Shown here one piece after another: positions 28,327 to 37,927 of a DNA stretch of 64,000 bases (within the stretch, counting starts at the first letter, position 1; the number at the start of each line of letters is the position of its first letter). Location of the stretch: assembly GCA_016931035.1 (NCBI GenBank), contig JAFGFN010000140.1, positions 1,178 to 65,177 of the forward strand, given 5' to 3'. The DNA is from Candidatus Sumerlaeota bacterium. Lineage in GTDB: Bacteria > Sumerlaeota > Sumerlaeia > UBA8349. The notes below the pieces were generated by a model that was not told the DNA's origin, did not search any database, and was given only the letters and a program-made list of their open reading frames with translations. The position numbers and the translations under genes were made by a program.

Positions 28327-28629
28327 TCAGCTTTCCTGAATGATCGGAGGCACTTTGAAATGACCCGCCTCCGCTTCCGGCGCGTTGGACAGCGCTTGGG
28401 CGTTGGTCAACGAAGGCCGGACGACGTCCTCGCGGAACACGTTGGTCAGACGCAAGGCGTGCGTTGTGGGCTCGATCGCGTCGGTATCGATCTCCTTGAG
28501 TTTCTCGACGTAGCCCAGAATCGCGTTCAGGTCGCCCGCAAACTTGCGAATCTCCGGATCGCTGCATTCCAGGCGCGAGAGAAGGGCGATGTGGCGGACA
28601 TGCTTCTCGCTGACGATTTCCGGGCTCAT
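28327..28629 (-). CDS. gatC: Asp-tRNA(Asn)/Glu-tRNA(Gln) amidotransferase subunit C
   Basis: 100 aa. Conserved HIALLSRLE...ILGYVEKL motif. Confidence 0.85.
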   Translation of the reverse strand: MSPEIVSEKHVRHIALLSRLECSDPEIRKFAGDLNAILGYVEKLKEIDTDAIEPTTHALRLTNVFREDVVRPSLTNAQALSNAPEAEAGHFKVPPIIQES

Positions 28630-28663
28630 TGCGGAATCCGTATCTCGTGCCGCGCGGCAAGGT

Positions 28664-28897
28664 TCATACCTTTTCGGCGACCTTGGACTCGATCGGCTGA
28701 ATCTTCTTGAGGTTGGCGAAACGCGCCATCAGGCGCTTCTCGCCCTCCTCGGCGAAACCGACCACAAACTTCGTGTCTTCGCCCGAACCGATCCGTTCCA
28801 GAATCGTTCCTTCTCCGAACTTGGGGTGCCGCACGCGGTCTTCCACCTGGAAGGACTCGTACGGGTCGTTGCCCCGACTTTTGGACTTAGGCGCCAT
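28664..28897 (-). CDS. Small conserved protein (DUF3553-like), 77 aa
   Basis: RVRHPKFGEGTILE motif. GGAGGAG ribosome-binding site. Confidence 0.55.
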   Translation of the reverse strand: MAPKSKSRGNDPYESFQVEDRVRHPKFGEGTILERIGSGEDTKFVVGFAEEGEKRLMARFANLKKIQPIESKVAEKV

Positions 28898-29019
28898 ATT
28901 CTCGTATCTCCTCCGTTTTTCTGGTTCCTCGAACTCGGCGTCTTCAGGGCCGATAATGGTTCCCTCAGGGGAACATCGATCGCCGACGGCCCTTGTCGAG
29001 GCCGGGCAAACTCAATTCT

Positions 29020-29505
29020 CTAGCGGGCGATGCGTCGCAGGACTTCGAGTGTCGTGCATTCGCCCGTCGAGCCAACGTGCGCCAACTCGATTCCCATCGT
29101 CTCGAGCCGCGCGGCGATATCCGCGCCGACATCTTCCTCCGCCTCGCACCGCATCCACGCGGCCCGCGGCGCGGCGGCGCGCAGATCGTCGAGTGCGGGC
29201 TCGCCGTCCGAACCCGCGAGCAGTGCCGCGTCGGTTTCGCGCAACATGCTCAAAACGCGCACCCGCTCCGAGGGCTTGAGCAACGTTGCGTCCGCGTCCG
29301 CGGAGGCCCCTTCATCGACGGGTAGCGCGACCGCGAAGAGCCGATCGCACCTCTCGCGAGCCCGGCGCAGATAGCGCACCGTCCCCGCGTGAATCAGCAC
29401 GAACGCGCCCAAAGCGAAACCGATGCGCTCGCCCGCTCGGGCACAATCCGCGATGCGCCGGATCGTCGAATCGCGCGACGGCGGCTCAGACATCCTTTCG
29501 TTCAT
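29020..29505 (-). CDS. Cytidylyltransferase-like (RfaE domain II / NTP-transferase) protein with a degenerate HxGH motif (HAGT)
   Basis: GAFVLIHAGTVRYL and a C-terminal STG...TT motif. About 160 aa. Overlaps the end of amaP. Confidence 0.6.
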   Translation of the reverse strand: MNERMSEPPSRDSTIRRIADCARAGERIGFALGAFVLIHAGTVRYLRRARERCDRLFAVALPVDEGASADADATLLKPSERVRVLSMLRETDAALLAGSDGEPALDDLRAAAPRAAWMRCEAEEDVGADIAARLETMGIELAHVGSTGECTTLEVLRRIAR

Positions 29506-30208
29506 CCTCCTCGGACGGTTTCTCCCGGTCGGTCCGTTTCTTCTCGTCGGCCGACGGCCGCCACGGAACGGTCGCTCCCTCTCCGCCTTCGAGCGCGGCG
29601 GGTTTGGGAAAGATCTCGACTCGTCCCGACGCCTCGCGATTCCCGTTTCGGGCGGCGCTGGCCTCCATGTCCTCGAAAACGATCTTCGGCGTCATCACCT
29701 TGGTGATCCCGAGCGCCCGTTTCGTGTCGTCCACGATCCGCTGACAAACCTGATTGTGGAGATCGTCGATCTTCTCGCAACACGAAACCCACACGCGGCC
29801 TTGCACCTCGAGCGCGCCCCCGGCCGATCGGGCGGAGATCCGGCTGTTCCGAATAAACGGAAGGCTCTCCAGGCGGTCGTGGACGAACCGGCTGATCGCG
29901 CCCTCGCGGATCTTGAGCGGGAACCCCGAGTTCGTCTTGAGCACCAGGAGGTTGCCGGAGAGAGACTTGCGGATCGACAGAATGGCCATCAGAACGACGA
30001 TGACCGCGAGGGCGATCCAGAACGCCGTGAACGTCCAGGGCGGAAGGAAATCCGCCTTCGACTCGAACCACGTTTGCCAGGCGCGGTACTTGACCCGCTG
30101 GCCGATCTTCACCGCGGCGATCAGGAGAAGTAGAATCGGGCACAGCGCGCGAAGCACCCGCAGCAGAACGGATTCGAGAAAGCGGACAAAATGTTGCATC
30201 GAGCTCAT
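29486..30208 (-). CDS. amaP: Alkaline shock response membrane anchor AmaP-like protein
   Basis: N-terminal TM helix pair with AmaP-like topology. Lies immediately downstream of an Asp23-family gene. Confidence 0.6.
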   Translation of the reverse strand: MSSMQHFVRFLESVLLRVLRALCPILLLLIAAVKIGQRVKYRAWQTWFESKADFLPPWTFTAFWIALAVIVVLMAILSIRKSLSGNLLVLKTNSGFPLKIREGAISRFVHDRLESLPFIRNSRISARSAGGALEVQGRVWVSCCEKIDDLHNQVCQRIVDDTKRALGITKVMTPKIVFEDMEASAARNGNREASGRVEIFPKPAALEGGEGATVPWRPSADEKKRTDREKPSEEDERKDV

Positions 30209-30288
30209 CGTACAACATCCTTTCCCCCGGAACGACGCACCTGACGCGACGCCCGGGCCTGGAGTCGTTCTCTCTCAGTCCTTCGTTC

Positions 30289-30753
30289 TCAGTCCGACTT
30301 GGAAGCGACCGATCCCATCGCCTTGTCCGGACTCACCAACTCGCGATCCGGTTCGCCTCCCATGACGATGGACCGGATACGCACGTTGACTTTGTCCACC
30401 ACCATCGAGCCCGTAAGGGCCTCGACCTCTTCTTTGACGACGCGCTGCAGCTCGGCGGCCGCCTCGTAGATGTTGACGCCGTAGGAGACGCTGATATCGA
30501 CGTCGACCGAAGCGTGGCCGCTTTCCTCGTCGGTGCGAACGGAGATGCCCTTGTCGGCGTCCTTGACGCCGAGGAAACTCTTGAGAGAGGAACCGACCAG
30601 GAACACCCCCTCGACCTTCTGCGCCGCCTGAACCGCGAGCGCGGCGATCACTTCGTCGCTGATCGTGATGTTGCCCAAGCCCAAGGACTCGGCTTCTTCC
30701 TTTTTGATCGGGCTGGGCGCCGGTTTGTCTTTTCCGCTCATTTCTTCGACCAC
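30289..30753 (-). CDS. Asp23/Gls24-family (DUF322) alkaline shock protein
   Basis: ISDEVIAALAVQAAQKVEGV...VNVRI motifs typical of the Asp23 family. Confidence 0.8.
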   Translation of the reverse strand: MVEEMSGKDKPAPSPIKKEEAESLGLGNITISDEVIAALAVQAAQKVEGVFLVGSSLKSFLGVKDADKGISVRTDEESGHASVDVDISVSYGVNIYEAAAELQRVVKEEVEALTGSMVVDKVNVRIRSIVMGGEPDRELVSPDKAMGSVASKSD

Positions 30754-30814
30754 TCCTTTCGCCGGAATTGAGGCGCGCGTCGCGCGTTGGCCGCGGTCCG
30801 CGCGCGTCTTCGGT

Positions 30815-32230
30815 CTACTTGCCGAAATGCTCGTCGATGAAGTTCGTGCCGAAATCGCCTTGCCGGAAGACGGGATTCTCCATCACCCACAAATGGAACG
30901 GAATCGTCGTCTTCACCCCTTCGATAATGTACTCGTCCAACGCGCGTTTCATTCGCTCGATCGCTTCGGTGCGGTTGTGTCCTCGCACGATGAGTTTGGC
31001 GATCAACGAGTCGTAGTGCGGCGAGATCACGCACTCGCGATAGGCGTGACTGTCCACCCGCACGCCGGGGCCGCCGGGCGGGTGGTACGTCGTCAGCGTT
31101 CCCGGACAAGGGATGAAGCCGCGCTCATGGTCTTCGGCGTTGATCCGGCACTCGATTGCGTGGCCTTCGAACCGCACCTCGTCCTGGGTGAGACTCAACG
31201 GATAGCCGGCCGCCACGCGGATTTGCTCCTTGACGATGTCGGTGTTGGTGACGACCTCGGTGACCGGATGCTCGACCTGGATTCGCGTGTTCATTTCCAT
31301 GAAGTAGAAATGCATGTCGCGATCCAGGAGAAACTCGACCGTTCCCGCCCCGACGTAGCCCGCCGCGCGGCAGGCGTCGACCGCGGCGCCGCCCATCTTC
31401 TTGCGCAACCCCGGGGTCATGACCGGGCAGGGGGTCTCCTCGATGAGTTTCTGATGGCGGCGCTGGATCGAGCAGTCGCGCTCGCCCAGATGGATCACGT
31501 GGCCGTGGTTATCGCCCAACACCTGAATCTCGACGTGTTTGGGATTGACCAGGAACTTCTCGATGTACACGCCGTCGTTGCCGAACGCGACCGACGCCTC
31601 GGCCTGCGCCGTCACGATGCCGGTGCGCAGGGTGCGGTCGTTCGTCGCCACCCGCATTCCCCGGCCCCCGCCCCCGGCCACGGCCTTGATGATCACGGGG
31701 TAGCCGATGCGGTTGGCGATCGCTTCGGCCTCGGCGGGATCCTTGACGATGCCGTCCGATCCGGGAACGACGGGCACTCCGGCGGCGGACATCGTGTGTT
31801 TGGCTACGGCCTTGTCGCCCATCTTGGCGATGATGTCGGGCGGCGGCCCGATGAACTGGATCCGGCATTCTTCGCAAATGTGGGAGAACGACGGATTCTC
31901 GGCCAGGAAACCGTACCCCGGGTGGATCGCGTCGGCCTCGGTGATCTCGGCGGCCGAAATGATGTTGGGGATGTTCAGATACGATTCCGCGCTGGCCGGT
32001 CCTCCGATGCACACGTGCTGGTCGGCGAACCGAACGTGAAGCGAATCCACGTCGGCCGTGCTGTAGACCGCCACGGTCTGGATTCCCAACTCGCGACAGG
32101 CGCGAATCACGCGCAAAGCGACCTCGCCGCGATTGGCGATGAGAATCTTGCGAAAATACTCTTCCCTAGGCGGTGGGGAATCGACTTCGCCCCGCGGCTT
32201 CTCCTTCGGCGCCTTATCTGTTCTGGCCAT
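30815..32230 (-). CDS. accC: Acetyl-CoA carboxylase biotin carboxylase subunit
   Basis: ATP-grasp motifs ([31 protein letters not shown]). 471 aa with a 20-aa N-terminal extension. Confidence 0.9.
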   Translation of the reverse strand: MARTDKAPKEKPRGEVDSPPPREEYFRKILIANRGEVALRVIRACRELGIQTVAVYSTADVDSLHVRFADQHVCIGGPASAESYLNIPNIISAAEITEADAIHPGYGFLAENPSFSHICEECRIQFIGPPPDIIAKMGDKAVAKHTMSAAGVPVVPGSDGIVKDPAEAEAIANRIGYPVIIKAVAGGGGRGMRVATNDRTLRTGIVTAQAEASVAFGNDGVYIEKFLVNPKHVEIQVLGDNHGHVIHLGERDCSIQRRHQKLIEETPCPVMTPGLRKKMGGAAVDACRAAGYVGAGTVEFLLDRDMHFYFMEMNTRIQVEHPVTEVVTNTDIVKEQIRVAAGYPLSLTQDEVRFEGHAIECRINAEDHERGFIPCPGTLTTYHPPGGPGVRVDSHAYRECVISPHYDSLIAKLIVRGHNRTEAIERMKRALDEYIIEGVKTTIPFHLWVMENPVFRQGDFGTNFIDEHFGK

Positions 32231-32248
32231 GGCTGTCCGTTCGGTTCG

Positions 32249-32776
32249 TCAAATCGGCTCGACGAGGAAAAGGGGTTGGTTGAACTCGACGGGCTGACCG
32301 TTCTCGACCAGCACCTCGACGATCCGCCCTCGCATTTCCGCTTTGATCTCGTTCATCAGTTTCATCGCCTCGACGATACAGATGACCGTGTCCTCGCCGA
32401 TCGTGGCGCCCACCTCAACGTAGGGAGGGGCGCCGGGCGCGGGAGCCCGGTAGAAGGTGCCCACCATCGGAGACTTGATCTCCTTGCCCGCGCGCTCCGG
32501 TTTTTCCACCCGTTGCGCGCTTTCCTCGGCGGGCACGACGGGGGCGGGGACGGGCGGAGGCGCGCCGTTCGCCGCGGCGGCGGGTGGCGCGGTCATGATG
32601 CCCGGGTGGGCGACGACATACTGAGGCGCCGGCCCCGACCGACTCTCGCCCTTTCTGGCCGACGCCGGCGTGATGGCGACGATTCGGATCTTTGTCCCCT
32701 CCTGCTCCAGATCGATCTCCTTGATCTTGTTTGTCCGCATCACGGAGATGAGTTCCTTGATTTCCTCGAGATTCAT
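32249..32776 (-). CDS. accB: Biotin carboxyl carrier protein
   Basis: Biotinyl-lysine motif EAMKLMNEI. Pro/Ala-rich linker. Confidence 0.9.
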   Translation of the reverse strand: MNLEEIKELISVMRTNKIKEIDLEQEGTKIRIVAITPASARKGESRSGPAPQYVVAHPGIMTAPPAAAANGAPPPVPAPVVPAEESAQRVEKPERAGKEIKSPMVGTFYRAPAPGAPPYVEVGATIGEDTVICIVEAMKLMNEIKAEMRGRIVEVLVENGQPVEFNQPLFLVEPI

Positions 32777-33182
32777 CGCCAGATACCTCTTGAGTGTATA
32801 GGGTCTCGACGCCGGAACGATGGGCCGGACCCGAGAGTCGTTCTACCGAAACAGGATGCCCCTGGAGGCGCAAGGAGCCAAGAACGGCATCATTCTGGTG
32901 TCGGACCCCCGATTAGTCAAGCGTTTCTTGGCGGTGAGACGCACCCGACGACTCGGCCTAGCGATGCCTTCTATGTACAAAGGACCCCTTCTGTTCCCTA
33001 TGATCCCACCTTATCCGACGCCCAAGTCCAGGGTCCGACCCCGTCGCCAAGACATGTTGACACGTCCGACGGGGCGTTGATACACTCGATTCACAAGCCC
33101 TGGGGCCGCCCAAGTCTTCTTGAGCCAACTTCCTGAGGACGCCGAGCGCGCCGGAATCACAGAGCCGGAAAGGCTGCCTTCC

Positions 33183-33590
33183 ATGTCTCTAATCGAGTGG
33201 CAAGACGACTACAGCGTCGGAATTCGGAATCTCGACGATCAACACAAGGTGCTCATCGATCTGATCAACCTCTTCCACGACGCGCGTTCGCATGGCAAGG
33301 AATGGCAAACCTTGTCCATCGTCCTCCGTTCTTTGATGGAGTACGCGGCCACTCACTTCGCCGGGGAAGAAAAACTGATGATCGAGCACGATTTTCCGGG
33401 CCTTCACCAGCACCGTCTCGCTCACAACGAGTTCGTTCAGAAGGTCTCGGACTTCAGCGAGGATTTCCGCGAGTCTCGCGCGATGCTCCCCCAGGAGCTG
33501 ATGAACTTCCTGGGCGAATGGCTCGTGGGCCACATTCTGGTTGTGGACAAGCAATACTCGGGATTCTTCAAAGAACGCGGATACGGCTGA
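33183..33590 (+). CDS. Bacteriohemerythrin (HHE cation-binding domain)
   Basis: Start at Met22 (MSLIEWQDDYSVGI). Conserved His residues occur in the HH, H..L and H motifs. Confidence 0.8.
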   Translation: MSLIEWQDDYSVGIRNLDDQHKVLIDLINLFHDARSHGKEWQTLSIVLRSLMEYAATHFAGEEKLMIEHDFPGLHQHRLAHNEFVQKVSDFSEDFRESRAMLPQELMNFLGEWLVGHILVVDKQYSGFFKERGYG

Positions 33591-33660
33591 GAAGGCTCCG
33601 CTTCCTGTCTCACTCTGCTCGGGATCGACAACTCGACGCCATTTGCCGTCCGCTATCGTT

Positions 33661-35313
33661 CTATTGTGAGCTCGCTCCCCGGCGCGCGAGGCCGTGCGCG
33701 ACGTTGCGCCAGCGGGGTCCGGCTCGCTTGAGATCGAGAAGGAGCGCGGCGGATTCGAGTCCTCCCATCGAAAGGCCACTCTGGATCCGGCTCTCGTCCG
33801 GGCTCGCCGCCGAGACCCGCACGTTGGGCAGCGCGTTCAGGCCACGGACAATTCTCCCAACGCGCGAGCGGACGACGACGAGCGGCGGCGCTTCGTGCCG
33901 CGCGAGCGGCGTGCCGGGTTTGGGGACGCAGATCCCGAGGTTGACCGAGAGATCTCCCATTCGGCCGCGCTCGCGTCCGAACGGCCGCATCGCCTCTCGA
34001 ACGCGATTCGTGAATTCGACGATGCGGTCGGCCTCGGGTTCGGTCTCGCCCGGCAGTCCGGTCATGAAATAGAGTTTCACGTCTTCGATCCCCGCGCGAA
34101 GGGCGCGTTCGATCGCGTCGAGGAACGCGGCGTCGGGTATCGGTTTGCCCAGACGCCGTCGCAGTTCCTCGTCTCCGGTTTCGGGCGCGAGCGTGATGCC
34201 TTTCTGGCCGCTATGGTCCAGGGCCTCGATCATCGTCGCGGAAATCTCGTCGGCTCGGAGCGAAGAGAAGGATATCGTGCGGTCCGAGTCCATGAGGGCA
34301 GTGCAAATCGCGTCGATCTCGGGATGCGCGCCGACGGCGGAAGCGATCAGGCCGACCGCGTCGCATTCGGCGATGAAGCAGGCTTCTTCGCACGCTTCGA
34401 GGATCTTGTCCGCCGGGATCGGCGTCGCTCGTTCGCACCGATGGCCGATCCAACAGAAGGCGCAGGCGTGAGGGCAGCCCGACGCGATCTCGACCAGGAC
34501 GCGGCGTCCCAGTTCGGCGTGGGGGGTGGCGATCCGGGAGACGGCCGCCTCCGCTTCCGGAGACACGGGTCCGCAGGCGGCATCGCCGATGCAACCTGGC
34601 GGGACCGGAAGTCGAAGACCCTCGTCGAGAGTGACGTCTTCGATCCGCTTCTCTATCTCTAGATCGACGATCTCGTGTCCCGCCGCCGGATCGAGCCCGA
34701 CCGAGCGGAGCGCGCCGGCCGTCGCCTCGACGCCCGGGATCGAAGCCAAGTCGGCGAGGATCTGCCGCCGCGCCGCCGCGTCGCGTCGGAATCCCGGGTT
34801 TCGGGCGCACGCGGCGACGACGGCCTCGACTCGGCGGCGGCCTCCGCCGTGGACCAGGATGTCGACGAACGGATAGACGGGATGACGGTTCAGATCGACC
34901 GCCATGCCTCCCGCGATCACGAGAGGGGAGCGCGGGTCGCGCCGCGACGCAAACAGGGGGAGTCGCGCCGAGTCGAGCGCGGCCAGGACATTCGCGTAGT
35001 CCATCTCGTAGGAGACCGAGAAGGCCGCGACGTCGAACTCGGCGATGGAGCGTCCCGTCTCCAAGGTCCGTCCCTCGCACGAGAGGGCGAAGGCGCGCTC
35101 GACGCGCGCGCAACCCGTATCGCGGGCGTACTGGTATACGCATTGGTAGCCCAGGCTCGACATGCCGACTGCGTACGCGTTCGGATAGACGAGGGCGAGG
35201 GACAGCGCGCCGTTTCCCGGGTCCGTGTCGCCCGATTCGGTGGCGAGAAGATCGGTTCTCGAAAGGCTGGAAGACGGGGTGGGGGAGGAGGCGGAAGATC
35301 GGCGCCTGGGCAT
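33661..35313 (-). CDS. B12-binding-domain radical SAM protein (TIGR03960-like, uncharacterised)
   Basis: Start at Met131 of ORF 33661..35703. N-terminal B12-binding-like LVYPNAYAVGMSSLGYQ. Radical SAM cluster motif CPHACAFC (Cx3Cx2C). Confidence 0.75.
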   Translation of the reverse strand: MPRRRSSASSPTPSSSLSRTDLLATESGDTDPGNGALSLALVYPNAYAVGMSSLGYQCVYQYARDTGCARVERAFALSCEGRTLETGRSIAEFDVAAFSVSYEMDYANVLAALDSARLPLFASRRDPRSPLVIAGGMAVDLNRHPVYPFVDILVHGGGRRRVEAVVAACARNPGFRRDAAARRQILADLASIPGVEATAGALRSVGLDPAAGHEIVDLEIEKRIEDVTLDEGLRLPVPPGCIGDAACGPVSPEAEAAVSRIATPHAELGRRVLVEIASGCPHACAFCWIGHRCERATPIPADKILEACEEACFIAECDAVGLIASAVGAHPEIDAICTALMDSDRTISFSSLRADEISATMIEALDHSGQKGITLAPETGDEELRRRLGKPIPDAAFLDAIERALRAGIEDVKLYFMTGLPGETEPEADRIVEFTNRVREAMRPFGRERGRMGDLSVNLGICVPKPGTPLARHEAPPLVVVRSRVGRIVRGLNALPNVRVSAASPDESRIQSGLSMGGLESAALLLDLKRAGPRWRNVAHGLARRGASSQ

Positions 35314-35360
35314 CGCTGGACCGTGCCTACCGGAATCCGGGGACGAACCGGACGATTTCG

Positions 35361-36665
35361 CTACCTCGGCATTGGAGAAACGGCGGACGCCGTCGCGAGA
35401 GTGTCGGCCGGACGCTTGAGGACGCTCTGCCCGAGGGCGAGAATGTCGGTTGTCCAACCCGAGTACCGGTTCTGCGGGAACAGAGTGAAGCTCCTCGCGG
35501 CCCCCAGCGCGACGGCGCGGCATCGGATCCGCACGAGGCTGCCCGAGGGGCGGGGAGCCAGGTCCGCCATTCCCATCTTGTAGACGATTCTGCCCGAGGA
35601 GTTGTGCACCTCGTTGGCTAGATGAATGTCGAACGGGAAGTCGAGATGCGCGTGCGCGTCGTAGACGTTGATTCCCGCGCGAATCCATCCCTTCTTGTCC
35701 CAATCGAGGACTCGCACCCGTTTCGGATCGTAGCGGATCGCGAGATCCACGCGATCGAACGGGAGGTTGTCGGGATTGTCGACCATCACTTCGACCACGA
35801 ACTCCTCGCCCGGCTTCGGTTCCCAGTCGGGCTCGACCAGGCGGAGTTCGACCGACCGGGCGGGAGGCGTGAAGGCGGAAGGCGCGACAACGGCGTAGCG
35901 CGCGTCGTGCGACGAAGTCGGCTGCGCGCTTCCTCCGGTGTCGGAGATTTCAACCGACGAGTTGACGCAGGCGCTGCCGGAGATGAACCGCATCTTGAGG
36001 ATGTTGCGGTCCTCGAGAAAAACCGCCGAGTCGAGCGCGTTGCCCTGTCCTAGGCGCAGTTCGGCGCGCGAGGGAGTATCCAGGGCTTCCCAAACGACGT
36101 TGAGGAGGAGGATCTCTTCGTGGTGGCTCATGGGAGCGGCAAGGTCCGCCTCATACGTCACCAACCCGTAGTTGAACTTCTCCGTGGGGGGCCGGGACGG
36201 GTCCAGGAACTCGCTCAGGGGGTAGTCGAAAACCTTGAGCGGGCGAACGGACGAGGGCGGAAAGGTGATGTGGATCTCGACGCGGTCGAACGAACAAGCG
36301 CCCTCCGCCGCCACAACGACCTGGGTCGCGAAGCGTTCGCCCGGGCGGACGACGAGATTGAGGGGTTTGAGTAGGAGGGTCGCCTCGGCCAGAGCCGGAG
36401 CCTGCTTGACGTTTTCCGCCCGCAACTCCCACTTCTCCATGGCCTTGGCGGCCTCTTCGGCCTCGCGTTTCTCCTCAGCTTCCCTCTTGACGCGCTCGCG
36501 CTCGTTCGCCACGCGTTCGCGGAGGATCTTCATCTTCGCTTCACGGCGTTGCTTGGCCGTCATGCCGCTGAAATCGCCTTCGACCGAGTCCGACGGCGTT
36601 TCTTCTTGCGCGGCGGCGCCAAGAGCCAAGGCCGAAACGAAGAGGCATAGAGCGAGGAATCTCAT
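35361..36665 (-). CDS. Secreted hypothetical protein with N-terminal coiled coil and cohesin-like beta domains
   Basis: Signal peptide MRFLALCLFVSALALGAAAQ. K/E-rich coiled coil. Repeated FDRVEIHITF / FDRVDLAIRY modules. Confidence 0.65.
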   Translation of the reverse strand: MRFLALCLFVSALALGAAAQEETPSDSVEGDFSGMTAKQRREAKMKILRERVANERERVKREAEEKREAEEAAKAMEKWELRAENVKQAPALAEATLLLKPLNLVVRPGERFATQVVVAAEGACSFDRVEIHITFPPSSVRPLKVFDYPLSEFLDPSRPPTEKFNYGLVTYEADLAAPMSHHEEILLLNVVWEALDTPSRAELRLGQGNALDSAVFLEDRNILKMRFISGSACVNSSVEISDTGGSAQPTSSHDARYAVVAPSAFTPPARSVELRLVEPDWEPKPGEEFVVEVMVDNPDNLPFDRVDLAIRYDPKRVRVLDWDKKGWIRAGINVYDAHAHLDFPFDIHLANEVHNSSGRIVYKMGMADLAPRPSGSLVRIRCRAVALGAARSFTLFPQNRYSGWTTDILALGQSVLKRPADTLATASAVSPMPR

Positions 36666-36714
36666 GGCAGTCGTCCCGACATCGTTGCCGTAGGGGGTGG
36701 GAAGCGGCGACCCG

Positions 36715-37293
36715 TCACTTGGCTTCTTGGATCGTGACTCCGGGGTCGGCCGGCTTGCTCACCACGACGCCCGCCACCGGCGTGACATCGTGCTTGTTTC
36801 CACTGAGGTCGAGCGCCTCGACGTAATAGTAGTACGTTTTGCCCATCGGGAGGGGTTGATCGACATACTGGTAGTCTTGAGGCACCGTCGTCGTGCCCGC
36901 TCCCGGAATGACGCCCTTTTTGTTTATGCGCTTGAACGGCCCCTTTTCCGACTCGGAACGATAGACAAAGTAGCCGTAGCAGTTCTCCTCGCTCTGGGTC
37001 GTCCAGGAAATTGTGGCCTTGCCCGGTCCCGTCTTTTCCGCCTCGGGAGCCTTTTCGAGCCGCTTCTCGGCTTCTTTTCTCAGCCGCGCCTGTTCTTCCT
37101 CCACTCGCTCCTGGAGTGCTTTCATTTTCTCCTCGCGAGTGAGTTGGCCCGTCGCGGTTTCCGTTTCGGCGACCATGGGCGTCGCGGTCGTCGCGGCATC
37201 GGCTTCATCCAAAGGGGGGGCCGACGAACAAGCCGGGACCGTCAGCAATAGTGTGGCGATGCAGGCAATCGAAACCAACGATAGTGTTCTCAT
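36715..37293 (-). CDS. Lipoprotein with coiled-coil segment and FN3-like domain
   Basis: Start at Met17 (MRTLSLVSIACIATLLLTVPAC, a lipobox). Coiled coil REEKMKALQERVEEEQ is paralogous to that of the upstream gene. FN3-like YYYYVEALDLSGN. Confidence 0.65.
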   Translation of the reverse strand: MRTLSLVSIACIATLLLTVPACSSAPPLDEADAATTATPMVAETETATGQLTREEKMKALQERVEEEQARLRKEAEKRLEKAPEAEKTGPGKATISWTTQSEENCYGYFVYRSESEKGPFKRINKKGVIPGAGTTTVPQDYQYVDQPLPMGKTYYYYVEALDLSGNKHDVTPVAGVVVSKPADPGVTIQEAK

Positions 37294-37416
37294 AACCAAG
37301 CGCTTCCTCCTGGGATAAATGTCCGGAACGCGGTCCGGCAAAGTCCAAAGACCGATGCGGCAGATATTATAGAGGGGGGATTGAGAGGATGCGAGGGAAA
37401 AAGCCCAAGCCCGGAC

Positions 37417-37722
37417 TCAGCCGATCGTGTCGAGCAGGACTCCGAGCGTCTTCTCCGAGGCGTGGATGACTTTGAGATTGGCCTCGATCGCCCGTTGGCG
37501 GGAAATCAGGTCCACGGTTTCCTGGGCGAGGTCGACACCGACGACGTCCTCGGGCGCCCGGTCGACATGCACCTCGACCCCTCCGCCCGGGGCGGATTCG
37601 AAGGTGGCGCGCAGGGGGCGATAGTCCTCGGTTGCGACGTTCGCGATGTTGTCCGAGGCGACGAGGACCCCGCGGGTATAGGCCCGAACGGCGGACAAGG
37701 CGTTGTTGATAATGCCTAACAT
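37417..37722 (-). CDS. Flagellar basal-body rod protein FlgB/FlgC-family, short (about 102 aa), orphan
   Basis: N-terminal rod motif SDNIANVATEDYRP. C-terminal motif VDLAQETVDLISRQRAIEANLKVI. Start at Met19. The leader carries a GGAAAGG Shine-Dalgarno, then a GGGCGCTC-CGA-GCGCCC hairpin, then the AUG. Confidence 0.5.
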   Translation of the reverse strand: MLGIINNALSAVRAYTRGVLVASDNIANVATEDYRPLRATFESAPGGGVEVHVDRAPEDVVGVDLAQETVDLISRQRAIEANLKVIHASEKTLGVLLDTIG

Positions 37723-37840
37723 CGCGTGTTTGGGCGCTCGGAGCGCCCACCTTTCCTTATCCGTTCTTATCGGCAAAAAGCCCGCAAAACTTGAGGTTTG
37801 AGCCCCTGTTCAGGGGGTCCGGAAGGGCTCGTCCGGCCCC

Positions 37841-37890
37841 CAAAAAAAGAGGCGGCGGGACCCCGAAGGGCGCCCGCCGCCGCACGTTTT
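37841..37890. terminator. Bidirectional rho-independent terminator (GGCGGCGGG-loop-CCCGCCGCC, with a U7 run on the minus strand and a U4 run on the plus strand)
   Basis: 9-bp GC stem. On the minus strand it is followed by TCTTTTTTT, about 45 nt downstream of the stop of the DUF4384/PEGA gene. Confidence 0.75.
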
Positions 37891-37927
37891 GCAGGGGGCC
37901 GATTCCGAGCGCGGCGCGGAGGCCGCC

